Shown here: positions 30,459-40,801 of the stretch, piece by piece
Layout of the letters: every line of letters begins with the position of its first letter
Numbering within the stretch: the first letter of the stretch is position 1
Assembly (NCBI GenBank): GCA_027858235.1
Contig: JAQIDC010000072.1
Location: 9,499-73,498 of the forward strand
Reading direction: 5' to 3'
DNA from: Patescibacteria group bacterium
Lineage (GTDB): Bacteria; Patescibacteriota; Patescibacteriia; Patescibacteriales; BM507
Length of the DNA stretch: 64,000 nucleotides
Made by a program: the position numbers and the translations under genes
The notes under the pieces: generated by a model
Told to the model about the DNA's origin: nothing
What the model saw: only the letters and a program-made list of their open reading frames with translations
The model's database searches: none

Positions 30459-31706
30459 ATGCTTAGTCAAAATCAAAAAAAAATATTAATGATTCTCGGT
30501 TTTACTTCCTTGATTATTTTTCTTGGTTTTCTTTTATATTTAACTTTTTTTCGACAAATGTTGGATGAACCTGTTGCCCAACAGGTCTCCACCACCACCC
30601 CGAGCACTGGATCTCTCCCAATTGCAAATGAAGGTGGTGACCCCAATGTAGTAAGCACTCCAAACAACGACTATACTCAGGATTTAAAAACCAATGATTT
30701 TCCCCAACTAATAGCCAGTGAAGTAGCTCGAGGAGGCTTAACAAAAACGACTAAGTTAAACAAAACAGAAAGTTCTGATGTTGTTCTTAGCTCTGATGGA
30801 AAAAAACTTCAATTCTACGACAACAGTGATGGAAAGTTTTATTATATTGATTCGAAAGGAAACATTACTCCAATGTCGGATAAAGTTTTTCACAATGTTG
30901 AAAAAACTACTTGGTCAAGTAAAAGAAATGAAGCTATTCTAGAATATCCAGACGGTTCAAACATAGTCTACAACTTCGAAACAGGTAAACAAGTAACTCT
31001 CCCGAAACATTGGGAAGATTTTCAATTTTCCTCAAGCGGTGACAAAATTACAATGAAAAGTATTGGGCTTGACCCAAGTAATAGATACTTGGCAGTGGCT
31101 AACACTGACGGTTCAATGGCAAAAACTATTGATAAGATAGGAAACAATGCCGACGATGTTTATCCTTCGTGGTCGCCTAATGACCAAGTTGTTGCTCTAT
31201 TTACCGAAGGAATAGATTTTAATAGACAAGAAGTATTTTTCATTGGACAAAATAACGAGAATTTTAAATCCACCGTTATCGAAGGTAGAGGCTTCCAACC
31301 AAAATGGTCCCCCGATGGTGATCAACTACTCTACAGCGTTTATTCTTCCGACAATGAAATGAAACCATCTCTATGGCTAGTTAACTCCCAAGGAGAAGAT
31401 ATTGGCTCTAACAGAAAAAGTCTGCGTATTGATACCTGGGCAGAAAAATGTAATTTCTCTAGCGCCAATGAAGTATATTGTGCTGTACCAAACGAGCTTG
31501 AAGAAGGGGCGGGTCTTTTCCCAGAACTTGCTAAAAATACTGTGGACAAACTATACAGGATAGACACAAACACTGGAGCTAAAAAAATAATAGCTATCCC
31601 TGAGAATGATTACAATATTTCAAACATAATAATAAGTGAAGATGAAAGTTATCTTTATTTTACTGATGAAACAACAAGTAGAATCCACAGGATAAACCTT
31701 AAATAA
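30459..31706 (+). CDS. membrane-anchored TolB-like beta-propeller (PD40 repeat) protein
   Basis: N-terminal TM helix. Repeated 'YPSWSPNDQ' / 'QPKWSPDGDQLLYS' PD40 motifs. Confidence 0.65.
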   Translation: MLSQNQKKILMILGFTSLIIFLGFLLYLTFFRQMLDEPVAQQVSTTTPSTGSLPIANEGGDPNVVSTPNNDYTQDLKTNDFPQLIASEVARGGLTKTTKLNKTESSDVVLSSDGKKLQFYDNSDGKFYYIDSKGNITPMSDKVFHNVEKTTWSSKRNEAILEYPDGSNIVYNFETGKQVTLPKHWEDFQFSSSGDKITMKSIGLDPSNRYLAVANTDGSMAKTIDKIGNNADDVYPSWSPNDQVVALFTEGIDFNRQEVFFIGQNNENFKSTVIEGRGFQPKWSPDGDQLLYSVYSSDNEMKPSLWLVNSQGEDIGSNRKSLRIDTWAEKCNFSSANEVYCAVPNELEEGAGLFPELAKNTVDKLYRIDTNTGAKKIIAIPENDYNISNIIISEDESYLYFTDETTSRIHRINLK

Positions 31707-32482
31707 TGCTTAGTCGTGCTTTAAATACTGCAAAAAATTACGTCACAATTTGGCGTAATTTTTTATTAGATTTAATTTTCCCCATTGAATGCTTGTCTTG
31801 CTCAATTGAATCCAAGTGGATATGTAATAATTGCTATAAAGATATTATTATAAAACAAACCCAGCAATGCCTTTCTTGCGGTAAAAATAATCTTCTCGGA
31901 TCATTCTGTAAAAAATGTAAAAATAACAACTTTCTTGACGGAGTATTGGTTGCCTCAAATTATGACGATAAATTATTGTCTCAAGCAATAAAATCCTACA
32001 AGTATAAACTTGTAAAAGGCTTATCCATTCCCCTCTCTCAACTATTAATTGACTTGCTTACTCAAATTTTAGAAGATCCTGAAAAAAATTATTTTTGGCA
32101 TGGTTCACAAAAAAATATTATAAATAATTTTACAAAAAATATTGTCATTCCCGTTCCTCTTCACAAAAAAAGATTTAGATGGAGGGGCTTCAATCAATCG
32201 GAAGAATTAGCAAAAATAGTTGCTGAACATTTTAAACTAAGAATAAACGCAGAAAATCTAAAAAGAATAATATTCAAAAAACCACAAACAGCCCTAGATA
32301 AAGATGAAAGATTTAATAACATAAAAAACAGTTTTATCTGGAACGGTAGTGAAATAGATAAAAAAAACATCATACTTATTGATGATGTTAGTACTAGCAC
32401 TGCCACTCTCAATGAGTGCGCTAAAGTTTTAAAAAAAGCTGGAGCCAACAAAGTCTGGGGTTTAGTTATTGCTCATGGATAA
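31706..32482 (+). CDS. comF: ComF-family phosphoribosyltransferase-domain protein
   Basis: N-terminal Cys pairs ('CLSCSIE...CNNC', 'CLSCGK...CKKC') and a C-terminal PRTase loop 'ILIDDVSTSTATL'. Start overlaps the upstream stop (ATGA). Confidence 0.8.
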   Translation: MLSRALNTAKNYVTIWRNFLLDLIFPIECLSCSIESKWICNNCYKDIIIKQTQQCLSCGKNNLLGSFCKKCKNNNFLDGVLVASNYDDKLLSQAIKSYKYKLVKGLSIPLSQLLIDLLTQILEDPEKNYFWHGSQKNIINNFTKNIVIPVPLHKKRFRWRGFNQSEELAKIVAEHFKLRINAENLKRIIFKKPQTALDKDERFNNIKNSFIWNGSEIDKKNIILIDDVSTSTATLNECAKVLKKAGANKVWGLVIAHG

Positions 32483-32483
32483 A

Positions 32484-34367
32484 CTACTGCTTGCTGTTTT
32501 GGTTAGTATTATTATCTAATTTCAGAACAATTCGTCCTTCTTGAATTTCTTCTATTTGATTTATTCCACTAGACCAGCTTATAAAATTTTGCAAAAACTC
32601 ATTCTTTTCTTTCCCGAGCATTAAATCAATCTGACTCATATTTGATTTTAGAGGATAGAGAAATAATGCAAGTTTGTCGCTCTCATAGCTTATACCAATT
32701 GCAAGACCCTCTTGTGTATCCTTGGAAAAATATTGATCAAAAACAAAATTACCCAAAGAATAAAAAATCGGTTTTCCTTTATACATTTCCATCCCTTGAA
32801 CAACGTGTGGATGGTGGCCAATAATAACATCTGATCCGGCATCAATCAGCTCATGTCCAACCATTCTTTGTGTCTGATTGAAATTGTGTTGATATTCTAC
32901 TCCCCAGTGGACATTGGTAATCACAAAATCCGATTTGCTCCTAAGCTCTTCAATAGTTGCCTTAGCTGCCTCTTGGTCAAACAGACCATATACCATGCTG
33001 AACCCAGCCATCCCTATTTTTTTTCCACCGATTTCAATTATTTTCGTGCTACACTCTCCAATTTCTTTATCTCGACAACCAACATAAGAAAAATCTAGCT
33101 TGTCTAGGTTCTCTCTGGTTTCTTCCTCCCCCTGTCTTCCTTGATCAGCAAAATGATTATTAGCTAGATTGAAAAAATTGAAATTGTACTTTTTTATTTG
33201 AAATATTTTTTCTGGGCCAAATGCAAAATCAAAAATATTTTGTGGCATATAATGTTCACCATCATCACTTACGACTCCTTCAAGATTGGCTCCGACAACA
33301 TCTATCCCCTGAAAAAATCTATTCTCATCCCCCGCCAGTTTCTCAAATATATAATCAATTCCCTTATCATCAATCCTCTCGGCAACATGACGATCAAGCA
33401 TCAAGTCTCCTAAAAAAAGAAAATTTACTAGAGGAGTGTCGGTCTTTTCTCCTTCGCTAAAATAATATAAATTGTGACTAGTCGTGGGCTCGTCAGGCAG
33501 ACCAACTAATCTTCCAGAATTAGTAGAAAAAATATTTTCCGAATGTCGAAAGCCCTGCAAATCAAGATATTTAAGCAAAACATAAATAGATGAAGGAGAA
33601 TCAATCTCCAGGTCATAGACTCGTTCAAAATCAAAACTTTCTATAACAGCCCTACTTTTTTCGTCATGAAAATCAGCTACAGAGACTGGCTGATAGTGAG
33701 AGAAATCAACACTTGAGATAACAAGAACATTCTTTTTTTCAATACTTTTAGATAAAACGCTAGCCAAGACTTCAGACTCTTTTTCACTAGTCCCTACTTT
33801 CAAAATAACTGGAACAAATTTTGCATTTGGAAAACTTTTTTTTACAAAAGATACAAGCCCAGAAATGGAGTGTTCTTGAACAAATGGTTTTTCTTCTATT
33901 TTCAAGATGTCACTATCTCTCAAAAAATCAATCAATTCTAAATCTGGCTCTAGAACACCGTAAGGTGTTTTCCAATTTGCAACTGAGGAAATTATATTAG
34001 ACTCCCCTACCGAGAAATGATTTGGGCCAATTAAAACAACGGTCTCGTAAGAAGTGCCCTCTATTCCAGCAAAAAATGCTGCTATTTTATCTTTTACTAT
34101 GAGATGATGCGGTATAATACCACCTGAAACAAATCCTGCTGGCTTTTTTATTTGCAATTTTGCATTCTGGTAGGCCTCATCAAAAAATTCTTTTTTTGAA
34201 AAATACGAATAGTGGTTCGGAAGCACTCGCTCTACATTTTTGAATAACTTTGAAAGCCATATTTTCTGTTCGACCGAATCACTACTACTCCTAGCTGTCA
34301 AAATTCCAATTTGTATCAAAAAAAGAATAAGGAGAAAATATATAACTATTTTACCAATCTTTTCCAT
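32484..34367 (-). CDS. fusion protein: Memo/AmmeMemoRadiSam-B-like N-domain + CapA-type metallophosphatase C-domain
   Basis: N-half 'GGIIPHHL...VLIGPNH...SVDFSH' (Memo-like). C-half 'LFLGDLMLDR...ANLEG...ANNHFADQG...HWGVEYQ...IIGHHPHVVQG...YSLGNFVFDQ' (CapA/PGA_cap). Start placed at the internal Met (MEKIGKIV). Confidence 0.7.
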   Translation of the reverse strand: MEKIGKIVIYFLLILFLIQIGILTARSSSDSVEQKIWLSKLFKNVERVLPNHYSYFSKKEFFDEAYQNAKLQIKKPAGFVSGGIIPHHLIVKDKIAAFFAGIEGTSYETVVLIGPNHFSVGESNIISSVANWKTPYGVLEPDLELIDFLRDSDILKIEEKPFVQEHSISGLVSFVKKSFPNAKFVPVILKVGTSEKESEVLASVLSKSIEKKNVLVISSVDFSHYQPVSVADFHDEKSRAVIESFDFERVYDLEIDSPSSIYVLLKYLDLQGFRHSENIFSTNSGRLVGLPDEPTTSHNLYYFSEGEKTDTPLVNFLFLGDLMLDRHVAERIDDKGIDYIFEKLAGDENRFFQGIDVVGANLEGVVSDDGEHYMPQNIFDFAFGPEKIFQIKKYNFNFFNLANNHFADQGRQGEEETRENLDKLDFSYVGCRDKEIGECSTKIIEIGGKKIGMAGFSMVYGLFDQEAAKATIEELRSKSDFVITNVHWGVEYQHNFNQTQRMVGHELIDAGSDVIIGHHPHVVQGMEMYKGKPIFYSLGNFVFDQYFSKDTQEGLAIGISYESDKLALFLYPLKSNMSQIDLMLGKEKNEFLQNFISWSSGINQIEEIQEGRIVLKLDNNTNQNSKQ

Positions 34368-34368
34368 T

Positions 34369-36186
34369 TTATTTATGGAGAGCTCCGCCCCACTCAACTA
34401 CAGTAAATCCTAGCCTTTCTTTTCTTTCAATTTTTTGTTCTGTAACTTGAGTATAATTATCTAGCCCTTCAAAGTCCATAAAGACTCTAATGACTGTATC
34501 TGGTTTTGGGTTGACTGTTAATGGTGCCATCTTCTCAAAATCAACTTGGGGCATAAAGGTTATAAAATAAAAATCACTAGCTTGCATTCGAGGTAACCAA
34601 AATTCTACAAAATCATCGTATTCTTTTTTAATTAAGTTCATCTCGGAAAGTTTCTCTTCTAAAAATGATTTAACATTTTCTTTCTTCACGACGAAGCCCT
34701 CGTCTGGACGAATATAATCCATCCCATAACCCTCCCAAAAAAGATAAGGATAAACATTGTCATCACCGTAATTATATATATCGCTATCAGGTGTAGCGCG
34801 AACATTCCAGCCATTGTTATAAGCTGGTTCTGTCACCGTAAATCCACCACTTGGTTCTACCCAAACCGACACGTTCATTTCCTGCTCTGGATAAAGATAA
34901 ATAACAGGCTTACCACATTCAGCCATTGGAATAAATGCAGCATTGCTATATTCTATAAAATCCCCAAAAGGGTCTTGCCAATATATAATTGGTTTTTTTG
35001 TTAAAAAATCTTCGTAGCTCAGCTTCTCACTTTGCTCTGGGACATAATACATGTCATACATTTCTTGGAGCAATGACTTATCTCTTCCCTCCATAGTAAA
35101 TGCTATGTCCTTAAGATAGTAATATTTTCCAGATGGGCCTTCTCCTATTAATGCTAAGTCATCAATACCTACGTAATCAACATAATTATAACAAGTACCA
35201 AAACTACATCCGCCTGCCTTTGATATATACTCATCAATATTTTTCTCACCATTTTTCCAAACAATATCTAGTACCGCAGGAACACTAGGAGCTATATCTC
35301 CGGAAGTTTTATCAAGTTTAGCAGTAGCTGAGTCAATATTATAATATCTGATAGTCCCATCGCCCTCTTCGGTAAAAAAGCAATCTGCTTGCGTGTCTCT
35401 ATAAACAACTCCTCCCTCATAACTAAACATTTCTTTGGGGTTATCAACATTCATTTTTAATAAAAAAGGTTCCTCTTCTCTTTTTATTAAAAATATATCC
35501 GAATCAGGAATTTGGATTTTTTCTGGGGAGCTGTAGTTCAATATTTTTGTCCCACTGTCCTTCACGTATAAATCTTCATATATTCCCCACGGAGCATCTG
35601 AATAATTAGCTAACAAAACTAGTCTGCCTTCGTCTTTGACTACCCGGCTCATACTATCTCTATGAACTGGACCCTCTGGCCTATAAGTAACTATAAACAA
35701 ATCTTTTCCTGAATAAGGACCATTATCAATCACTCCGACCTTGTATATAGTGTGTATTCTTGAAAATTCTTCAATTGCTATTGGGTTATATTTATTCTCA
35801 CTTTTGTTATTATGAGTCTCCAATAAACCATAGATTTTATTATAATCGAACAAATCATAAAAAGTGCTAACAACTGGCCACTTGTTCCAGGTTACGGTTA
35901 TCTCATCTCCCTTTAAAACTAGTTTATCATCATCACTATTCACTTCTTCAATATCCTCCGAGCTAGTCGCTACTTCATCTTGAATTTCATCGACGACATT
36001 ATTATCTTGCACAACTTCATCTGAATCTAGATTAGTATTAACATTTTCAACAACGCTGTTTTTATTTAATCCTGAAAACAAAAAATAAAATGCAACAACG
36101 TTACTAATTAAAAGAAGGGCTACTATAACATATAATAAAACATTGCTCTTGTTTGTTTTTACTTCCGTTGTTTCAATATTTTCCAT
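34369..36186 (-). CDS. hypothetical membrane-anchored protein
   Basis: 605 aa. N-terminal TM helix, acidic low-complexity linker, and a large C-terminal region without a motif I recognise. Confidence 0.45.
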   Translation of the reverse strand: MENIETTEVKTNKSNVLLYVIVALLLISNVVAFYFLFSGLNKNSVVENVNTNLDSDEVVQDNNVVDEIQDEVATSSEDIEEVNSDDDKLVLKGDEITVTWNKWPVVSTFYDLFDYNKIYGLLETHNNKSENKYNPIAIEEFSRIHTIYKVGVIDNGPYSGKDLFIVTYRPEGPVHRDSMSRVVKDEGRLVLLANYSDAPWGIYEDLYVKDSGTKILNYSSPEKIQIPDSDIFLIKREEEPFLLKMNVDNPKEMFSYEGGVVYRDTQADCFFTEEGDGTIRYYNIDSATAKLDKTSGDIAPSVPAVLDIVWKNGEKNIDEYISKAGGCSFGTCYNYVDYVGIDDLALIGEGPSGKYYYLKDIAFTMEGRDKSLLQEMYDMYYVPEQSEKLSYEDFLTKKPIIYWQDPFGDFIEYSNAAFIPMAECGKPVIYLYPEQEMNVSVWVEPSGGFTVTEPAYNNGWNVRATPDSDIYNYGDDNVYPYLFWEGYGMDYIRPDEGFVVKKENVKSFLEEKLSEMNLIKKEYDDFVEFWLPRMQASDFYFITFMPQVDFEKMAPLTVNPKPDTVIRVFMDFEGLDNYTQVTEQKIERKERLGFTVVEWGGALHK

Positions 36187-36248
36187 ATTAATAACTTAAT
36201 ATTTATATTTATATTTATATAATATACCCTATCTATAATACAGTAAAG

Positions 36249-36284
36249 AAAAAAGCCTACACAAAGATTTGCGTAGGCTTTTTA
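36249..36284 (-). terminator. intrinsic terminator after tyrS (bidirectional shape)
   Basis: AGCCTAC(A/G)CA-aagattt-GCGTAGGCT flanked by A5 and T5 runs, 16 nt after the tyrS stop. Confidence 0.6.
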
Positions 36285-36299
36285 TATGTAAACCAAGAA

Positions 36300-37556
36300 T
36301 TAAAAACTTAAAATAATCTTATTTTTCTTCCCTCTCTTTAAAATCGCAATTGTATTTGTAGTTAGTTTGGGATTTAGTCTAAACATTGTATCTGTAACTT
36401 TATCATTATCAACACTAACAGCTCCATTTTCTATAAATTCTCTAGCCTCTCTCTTACTTGAGGCAAGTTTTGAATCAACCAGAATATCCACAAGACTCAT
36501 ATCTTCATAGACATTGAAACTTGGTGCTTCTTTTAGTAAAAGCTCTTTTTCATCTTCATTCAAATTATTAGTTCCCTCTCCGCTAAACAAAATTTCAGCT
36601 ATTTTTTTAATGGACCCGGCCAATTCCTCTCCATGAACAAACTTTGTCACCTCATAAGCCAGACTTTTTTGAGCCATTCTTTGCTCTGGATAATTTTTCA
36701 TTTCATTTTCAATGTCTTTAATTTCTTCCAAAGACATTATTGTAAACAGCTTTAAATATTCAATGGAATTTTCATCATTTGAATTAAGCCAAAATTGATA
36801 AAATTCATATGGACTGGTTTTCTCTGGATCAAGCCAAACAGAATTCCCCTCACTCTTACCAAACTTTCTTCCTGTATTTTTATCAACTAGCAGTGGCACG
36901 GTTATTCCAAAGGATTCTTTTCCTGTTTTTCTTCTGATTAATTCAACTCCGGAAACAATATTTCCCCATTGGTCAGAACCACCAATCTGCAAATCACACT
37001 TTTTTTCTTGGTTTAGGTAAAAATAATCATATCCCTGAAGCAAGGTATAAGAAAATTCTGTAAAAGATATTCCGTTTTCTCCCTCCACTCTTCTGGCAAC
37101 AGATTCTTTTTTAATCATATTGTTAACTGTAAAATGCTTTCCAACCTCCCTCAAAAACTCCATAACATTCATTTTAGAAAACCAATCATAGTTATTTACC
37201 ATTTCAATATTGTCAATTTTCAAAAGTCCTTCAATTTGTTTTGTTAAACTTAGGGCATTTCTAGCCACATCATCTTCCTTCAGAAATTGTCTTTCCATGT
37301 CTTTCCCGGAAGGATCTCCAATCAAAGCAGTAGCACCACCGATAAGCAAGATAACCTTGTGCCCAGCCTGAAGCAAGTGATAAGTCAACATATAAACCAC
37401 TAGATGTCCAACATGAATAGAACCAGCAGTTGGATCAACTCCAAGATAAATAGTCCTTTTTTCTTTTTCGTTCAAAATATCTTCCAACTTATCTGTTGAA
37501 TATTGATATATATATCCTCGTTCTTTTAATTCATCTGCTAAACTGATTTTTATCAT
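36300..37556 (-). CDS. tyrS: tyrosyl-tRNA synthetase
   Basis: 'GVDPTAGSIHVGHLV' (HIGH), 'KFGKSEGN' (KMSKS-type), and a C-terminal S4 domain 'SKREAREFIENGAVSVD'. Confidence 0.93.
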   Translation of the reverse strand: MIKISLADELKERGYIYQYSTDKLEDILNEKEKRTIYLGVDPTAGSIHVGHLVVYMLTYHLLQAGHKVILLIGGATALIGDPSGKDMERQFLKEDDVARNALSLTKQIEGLLKIDNIEMVNNYDWFSKMNVMEFLREVGKHFTVNNMIKKESVARRVEGENGISFTEFSYTLLQGYDYFYLNQEKKCDLQIGGSDQWGNIVSGVELIRRKTGKESFGITVPLLVDKNTGRKFGKSEGNSVWLDPEKTSPYEFYQFWLNSNDENSIEYLKLFTIMSLEEIKDIENEMKNYPEQRMAQKSLAYEVTKFVHGEELAGSIKKIAEILFSGEGTNNLNEDEKELLLKEAPSFNVYEDMSLVDILVDSKLASSKREAREFIENGAVSVDNDKVTDTMFRLNPKLTTNTIAILKRGKKNKIILSF

Positions 37557-37631
37557 ATAATGTTTTTAATAATATTAATATAATAATAGCTTTTTTTGGT
37601 TATTTTAGTCAAATTACTCAAAAAACAATTA

Positions 37632-39125
37632 TCATCCATGTGAAATATTTTTTAATTTTTCATAGATTCTCACCATTGCCCAAGTATCCAATTTACAATA
37701 TTCAAGTAAATCTCTTTTTATCATTTCTTTTTCTTCCTCGGAAGTATCAGGGGAAATCATTCTCTCCCATCGTTCACTGGCTTGGTCGCCTTTTGAAATA
37801 TTTAGATTCTTGTATGTAAACTCTGGAACAATGACTGGTAGAACTTTTTTAATACTAGAACTCCCCATAAAGGCTGGATGAACATAATAATTATTTGAAA
37901 AAATTGTCATCAAATCAAACATCTTTTCGTTTATCACTTCAAAGAATTCCGCATGTTCAGGATGTAACTCGGCTAATTTTTGATTACGCTGTTTTTCGTA
38001 TGTTTTATACCAAGAAACTACCGTCCCTTTTGTTTTTATATCTTCAACAATTCTTTCAACCAAGGGTTTAGTAATATCACCAACTGGTTCAGTTATCAAA
38101 AATTCTCTGTGTTCAATACTTCCATCCGCCTGCATAATGTGCAAGGAATACTGAAAAGGCACTTGTTCATATGCTCCAAATCCATCAAACATCGGAACGG
38201 CCGAGACAAAGCCTTCATAATCAAAAAAGTACAGGGGAAATTCTAGAGCATCGAGTTCTTGCTTAATGGCGACAGGATCAATTATGGGACGACCTAGGAT
38301 ATAGGCATCGTACTGCATTTTTTTGGCACCAGTTAATGCTTCTGGATTATCAATATCATCGAGAGAAAAAATCCGCCTATCTATCCAATCAAATAAAAGT
38401 TTTTTACTATTACCAATACGAGCGATATCATGGACAGAGTATTCGGGCACTTCTGGGTTTGAATATTGAAAAGTCGTACAATGATTATTCCTCCCTCGAT
38501 ACAAACACTCACAACCTTTTTCTTCCTCCATGGATAAATATTCTTTCATATCACTCATTTGATTTTGAACTCCCTCCAAAGAATCAGCCACCTCATCGCT
38601 CAGATCTTCAATAATAAAAAGTTCCCTATAATTTACCTCGCCATTCTTTTTATACTCTCTATTGAGATAAATAACTCCTGCTTTAATAATATTTATTCCA
38701 CTTTTTTCTATAACACTTTTCTGAAAAGCAAGATCATGAATATAGTGATGAGGCTCTTTTCTTTTTATCTCATTGGATGCCTTCACCTCATAAAGTTCAT
38801 AACCATCATTTTTCTTATCGTAGACAAGAATATCAGCTCGAATAAAAAAAGACTCTTCCGAAAAAGTAGCCTGAAAGATAACACTCTCTTTTTTTTCTAA
38901 ATATTGCTTAGTATCCAAAACAGCATCATTACCCTGAGAATCAACCAATACCCCTTCCGGGAAAAGATTCCTAGCCTCAGCATCCGCCATATTCCCCTCC
39001 TCAATAATCTTCTTCTCAAAAGCAGACAATTCCACCCCCTCAAAAAGACTCGGTTTATGTTTCTTCAACCAAAGATTCTTTTTACAAAATGTATATTCAA
39101 GATAATCTGTTTTTGTTATGAACAT
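37632..39125 (-). CDS. DUF2779-family protein (PD-(D/E)xK / Cas4-like nuclease fold suspected)
   Basis: N-terminus 'ITKTDYLEYTFCKKNLWLKKHKP' matches the DUF2779 signature as I recall it. Cys cluster 'CECLYRGRNNHC'. Confidence 0.6.
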   Translation of the reverse strand: MFITKTDYLEYTFCKKNLWLKKHKPSLFEGVELSAFEKKIIEEGNMADAEARNLFPEGVLVDSQGNDAVLDTKQYLEKKESVIFQATFSEESFFIRADILVYDKKNDGYELYEVKASNEIKRKEPHHYIHDLAFQKSVIEKSGINIIKAGVIYLNREYKKNGEVNYRELFIIEDLSDEVADSLEGVQNQMSDMKEYLSMEEEKGCECLYRGRNNHCTTFQYSNPEVPEYSVHDIARIGNSKKLLFDWIDRRIFSLDDIDNPEALTGAKKMQYDAYILGRPIIDPVAIKQELDALEFPLYFFDYEGFVSAVPMFDGFGAYEQVPFQYSLHIMQADGSIEHREFLITEPVGDITKPLVERIVEDIKTKGTVVSWYKTYEKQRNQKLAELHPEHAEFFEVINEKMFDLMTIFSNNYYVHPAFMGSSSIKKVLPVIVPEFTYKNLNISKGDQASERWERMISPDTSEEEKEMIKRDLLEYCKLDTWAMVRIYEKLKNISHG

Positions 39126-39150
39126 TTTTTTTAAATTTTAAATCTTTAAA

Positions 39151-39187
39151 TAGGGTACTCTATAGAGTACCCTATAGAGTACCCTAT
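39151..39187. repeat. perfect 22-bp palindrome plus tandem 12-mer
   Basis: AGGGTACTCTATAGAGTACCCT (39152..39173) is self-complementary. ATAGAGTACCCT is then repeated once more. Confidence 0.6.
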
Positions 39188-39275
39188 TTTTATTTCGATA
39201 TCAACAGGTCATGAATGTGGGAAAGATGGACCTAACCCCAATTATTGTAATTATTTTATATTTTCATAAATATCT

Positions 39276-40037
39276 TTATGAAATAATTAGTTTAAGGATT
39301 TCATTATTTATAATTTTTATCTCTTTATCGTTGTGGCGATAATTATGACCAATCTCAGAAATATTTACAAACTTTTTTGGATCATTGGCATTGTCATAGA
39401 GTTTTTTAACATTCTCTGGTAATATCATTTCATCCAATTCTCCTGCAATTAGAATAATTGGTACTTTAACATTTTTTATGTCTACTAAAGCGCTGTATTT
39501 ATCTCCATCAATTACATGGGCAAATGGAAGTTGAAATTCTATATATTTTTCCACATTAGCTGGCAAATCTCGCTTTGCAACAAGAAGCCCTCTATCTTCC
39601 CATTCTCTGCGCCACTGTCCATCTCTTATTGGACCAGAAGATGGCATAATACCGAGAACTGTAGTTATCCTTGAATCTCGTGCCGCATACAAAATAGAGA
39701 GTTGTCCACCACGACTATGACCACCAAGCAAAATCTTCTTATACTCATTCTCTTTATTCATATATTCAAAAACATTTTCTATGTCTTTTAAACACTGAGA
39801 ATTGGTATATTCGGATATGTTTCCATCGCTTTCCCATGTTCCTATTGGATCAAATCTGACTGTAGTATATCCATTCTCACTCAGTAACACAGCTAATTTT
39901 TCTAAATGATTATAATCTTTTGAATCTAAAAAACCGGGGCACAAAATAGCTAGCTGATCTGTTTTAGAGCTAGACTTATTTATGACCGCAGAAATATTTC
40001 CTTTCTCAGTTGGAATTTTTATTTTATTTACTTCCAT
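39276..40037 (-). CDS. alpha/beta-fold hydrolase
   Basis: Nucleophile elbow 'LGGHSRGG' and a C-terminal 'GHNY' His region. 253 aa. Confidence 0.75.
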   Translation of the reverse strand: MEVNKIKIPTEKGNISAVINKSSSKTDQLAILCPGFLDSKDYNHLEKLAVLLSENGYTTVRFDPIGTWESDGNISEYTNSQCLKDIENVFEYMNKENEYKKILLGGHSRGGQLSILYAARDSRITTVLGIMPSSGPIRDGQWRREWEDRGLLVAKRDLPANVEKYIEFQLPFAHVIDGDKYSALVDIKNVKVPIILIAGELDEMILPENVKKLYDNANDPKKFVNISEIGHNYRHNDKEIKIINNEILKLIIS

Positions 40038-40142
40038 AGGCTATAATCCTAAATTTATTATCAATATTCAAGATAATATGTTTTCGTTACGAACATCTAT
40101 AATACTTTAAATATTTTCTTAATATCTATATATTAGCATATT

Positions 40143-40760
40143 CTATAAAATTTTATTACTATTAGAAATTTCGAAAAATTCCATTATCTTTTTTTCTTGT
40201 TTTATGAATTTATTTATTAACTTGGGATTATTCCCGAGAAAATATTTGTTGAGATTTTGGATTTGATATATTTTTATAAAAAATGTATGAGAGAGACACA
40301 AAATATTTTTATATTCTTTTGAGAGTTCTTCAAGTTCAGTATTTAATAAATTTATTCTTCCTATTAGTTGTTCTCTTTTTTCAAGAAGATTATTATTTAT
40401 AAATTGTTTGATAAATATTCTTCTCACTTCATTGCTTCCTTCTTTTTCATAGCTTTCCTTTGTGCAGTCTTGTGATATGTCAAAATGTATTTCTTTTAAC
40501 AAGTCAGTTTTCCTGTATTTAACTTCTGTGTTTAAATAATTGTTTTTTAAATATTCAAAACTCTGCGTTGATCTACCCAGACTTGAAAAGAGAACAAAAT
40601 CAATTTTAGCCAAGCTCTCCCTGTCTAGCTGAAAATCTTTTATCAGGTCTTTATCAAGAGGTGGATTATATTTATTCTGAGTCAATAATTTGACGCTTTC
40701 GAATTTTGATAAATTATTTTTTGTTGGACTATATGGTCCTATTTTTATAAATTTGAACAT
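40143..40760 (-). CDS. hypothetical protein, weak histidine-phosphatase-like features
   Basis: 'LFSSLGRSTQS' and 'LCLSHTFFI' resemble histidine phosphatase blocks, but the N-terminal RHG motif is absent. Confidence 0.35.
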   Translation of the reverse strand: MFKFIKIGPYSPTKNNLSKFESVKLLTQNKYNPPLDKDLIKDFQLDRESLAKIDFVLFSSLGRSTQSFEYLKNNYLNTEVKYRKTDLLKEIHFDISQDCTKESYEKEGSNEVRRIFIKQFINNNLLEKREQLIGRINLLNTELEELSKEYKNILCLSHTFFIKIYQIQNLNKYFLGNNPKLINKFIKQEKKIMEFFEISNSNKIL

Positions 40761-40766
40761 AGCTTT

Positions 40767-40798
40767 TATACTGCCTCATCCGAAGATAAGGCAGTATA
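40767..40798 (-). other. 10-bp perfect hairpin between the T-box-controlled ORF and the next ORF
   Basis: TATACTGCCT-catccgaagata-AGGCAGTATA. No U-tract. Confidence 0.4.
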
Positions 40799-40801
40799 TA
40801 A

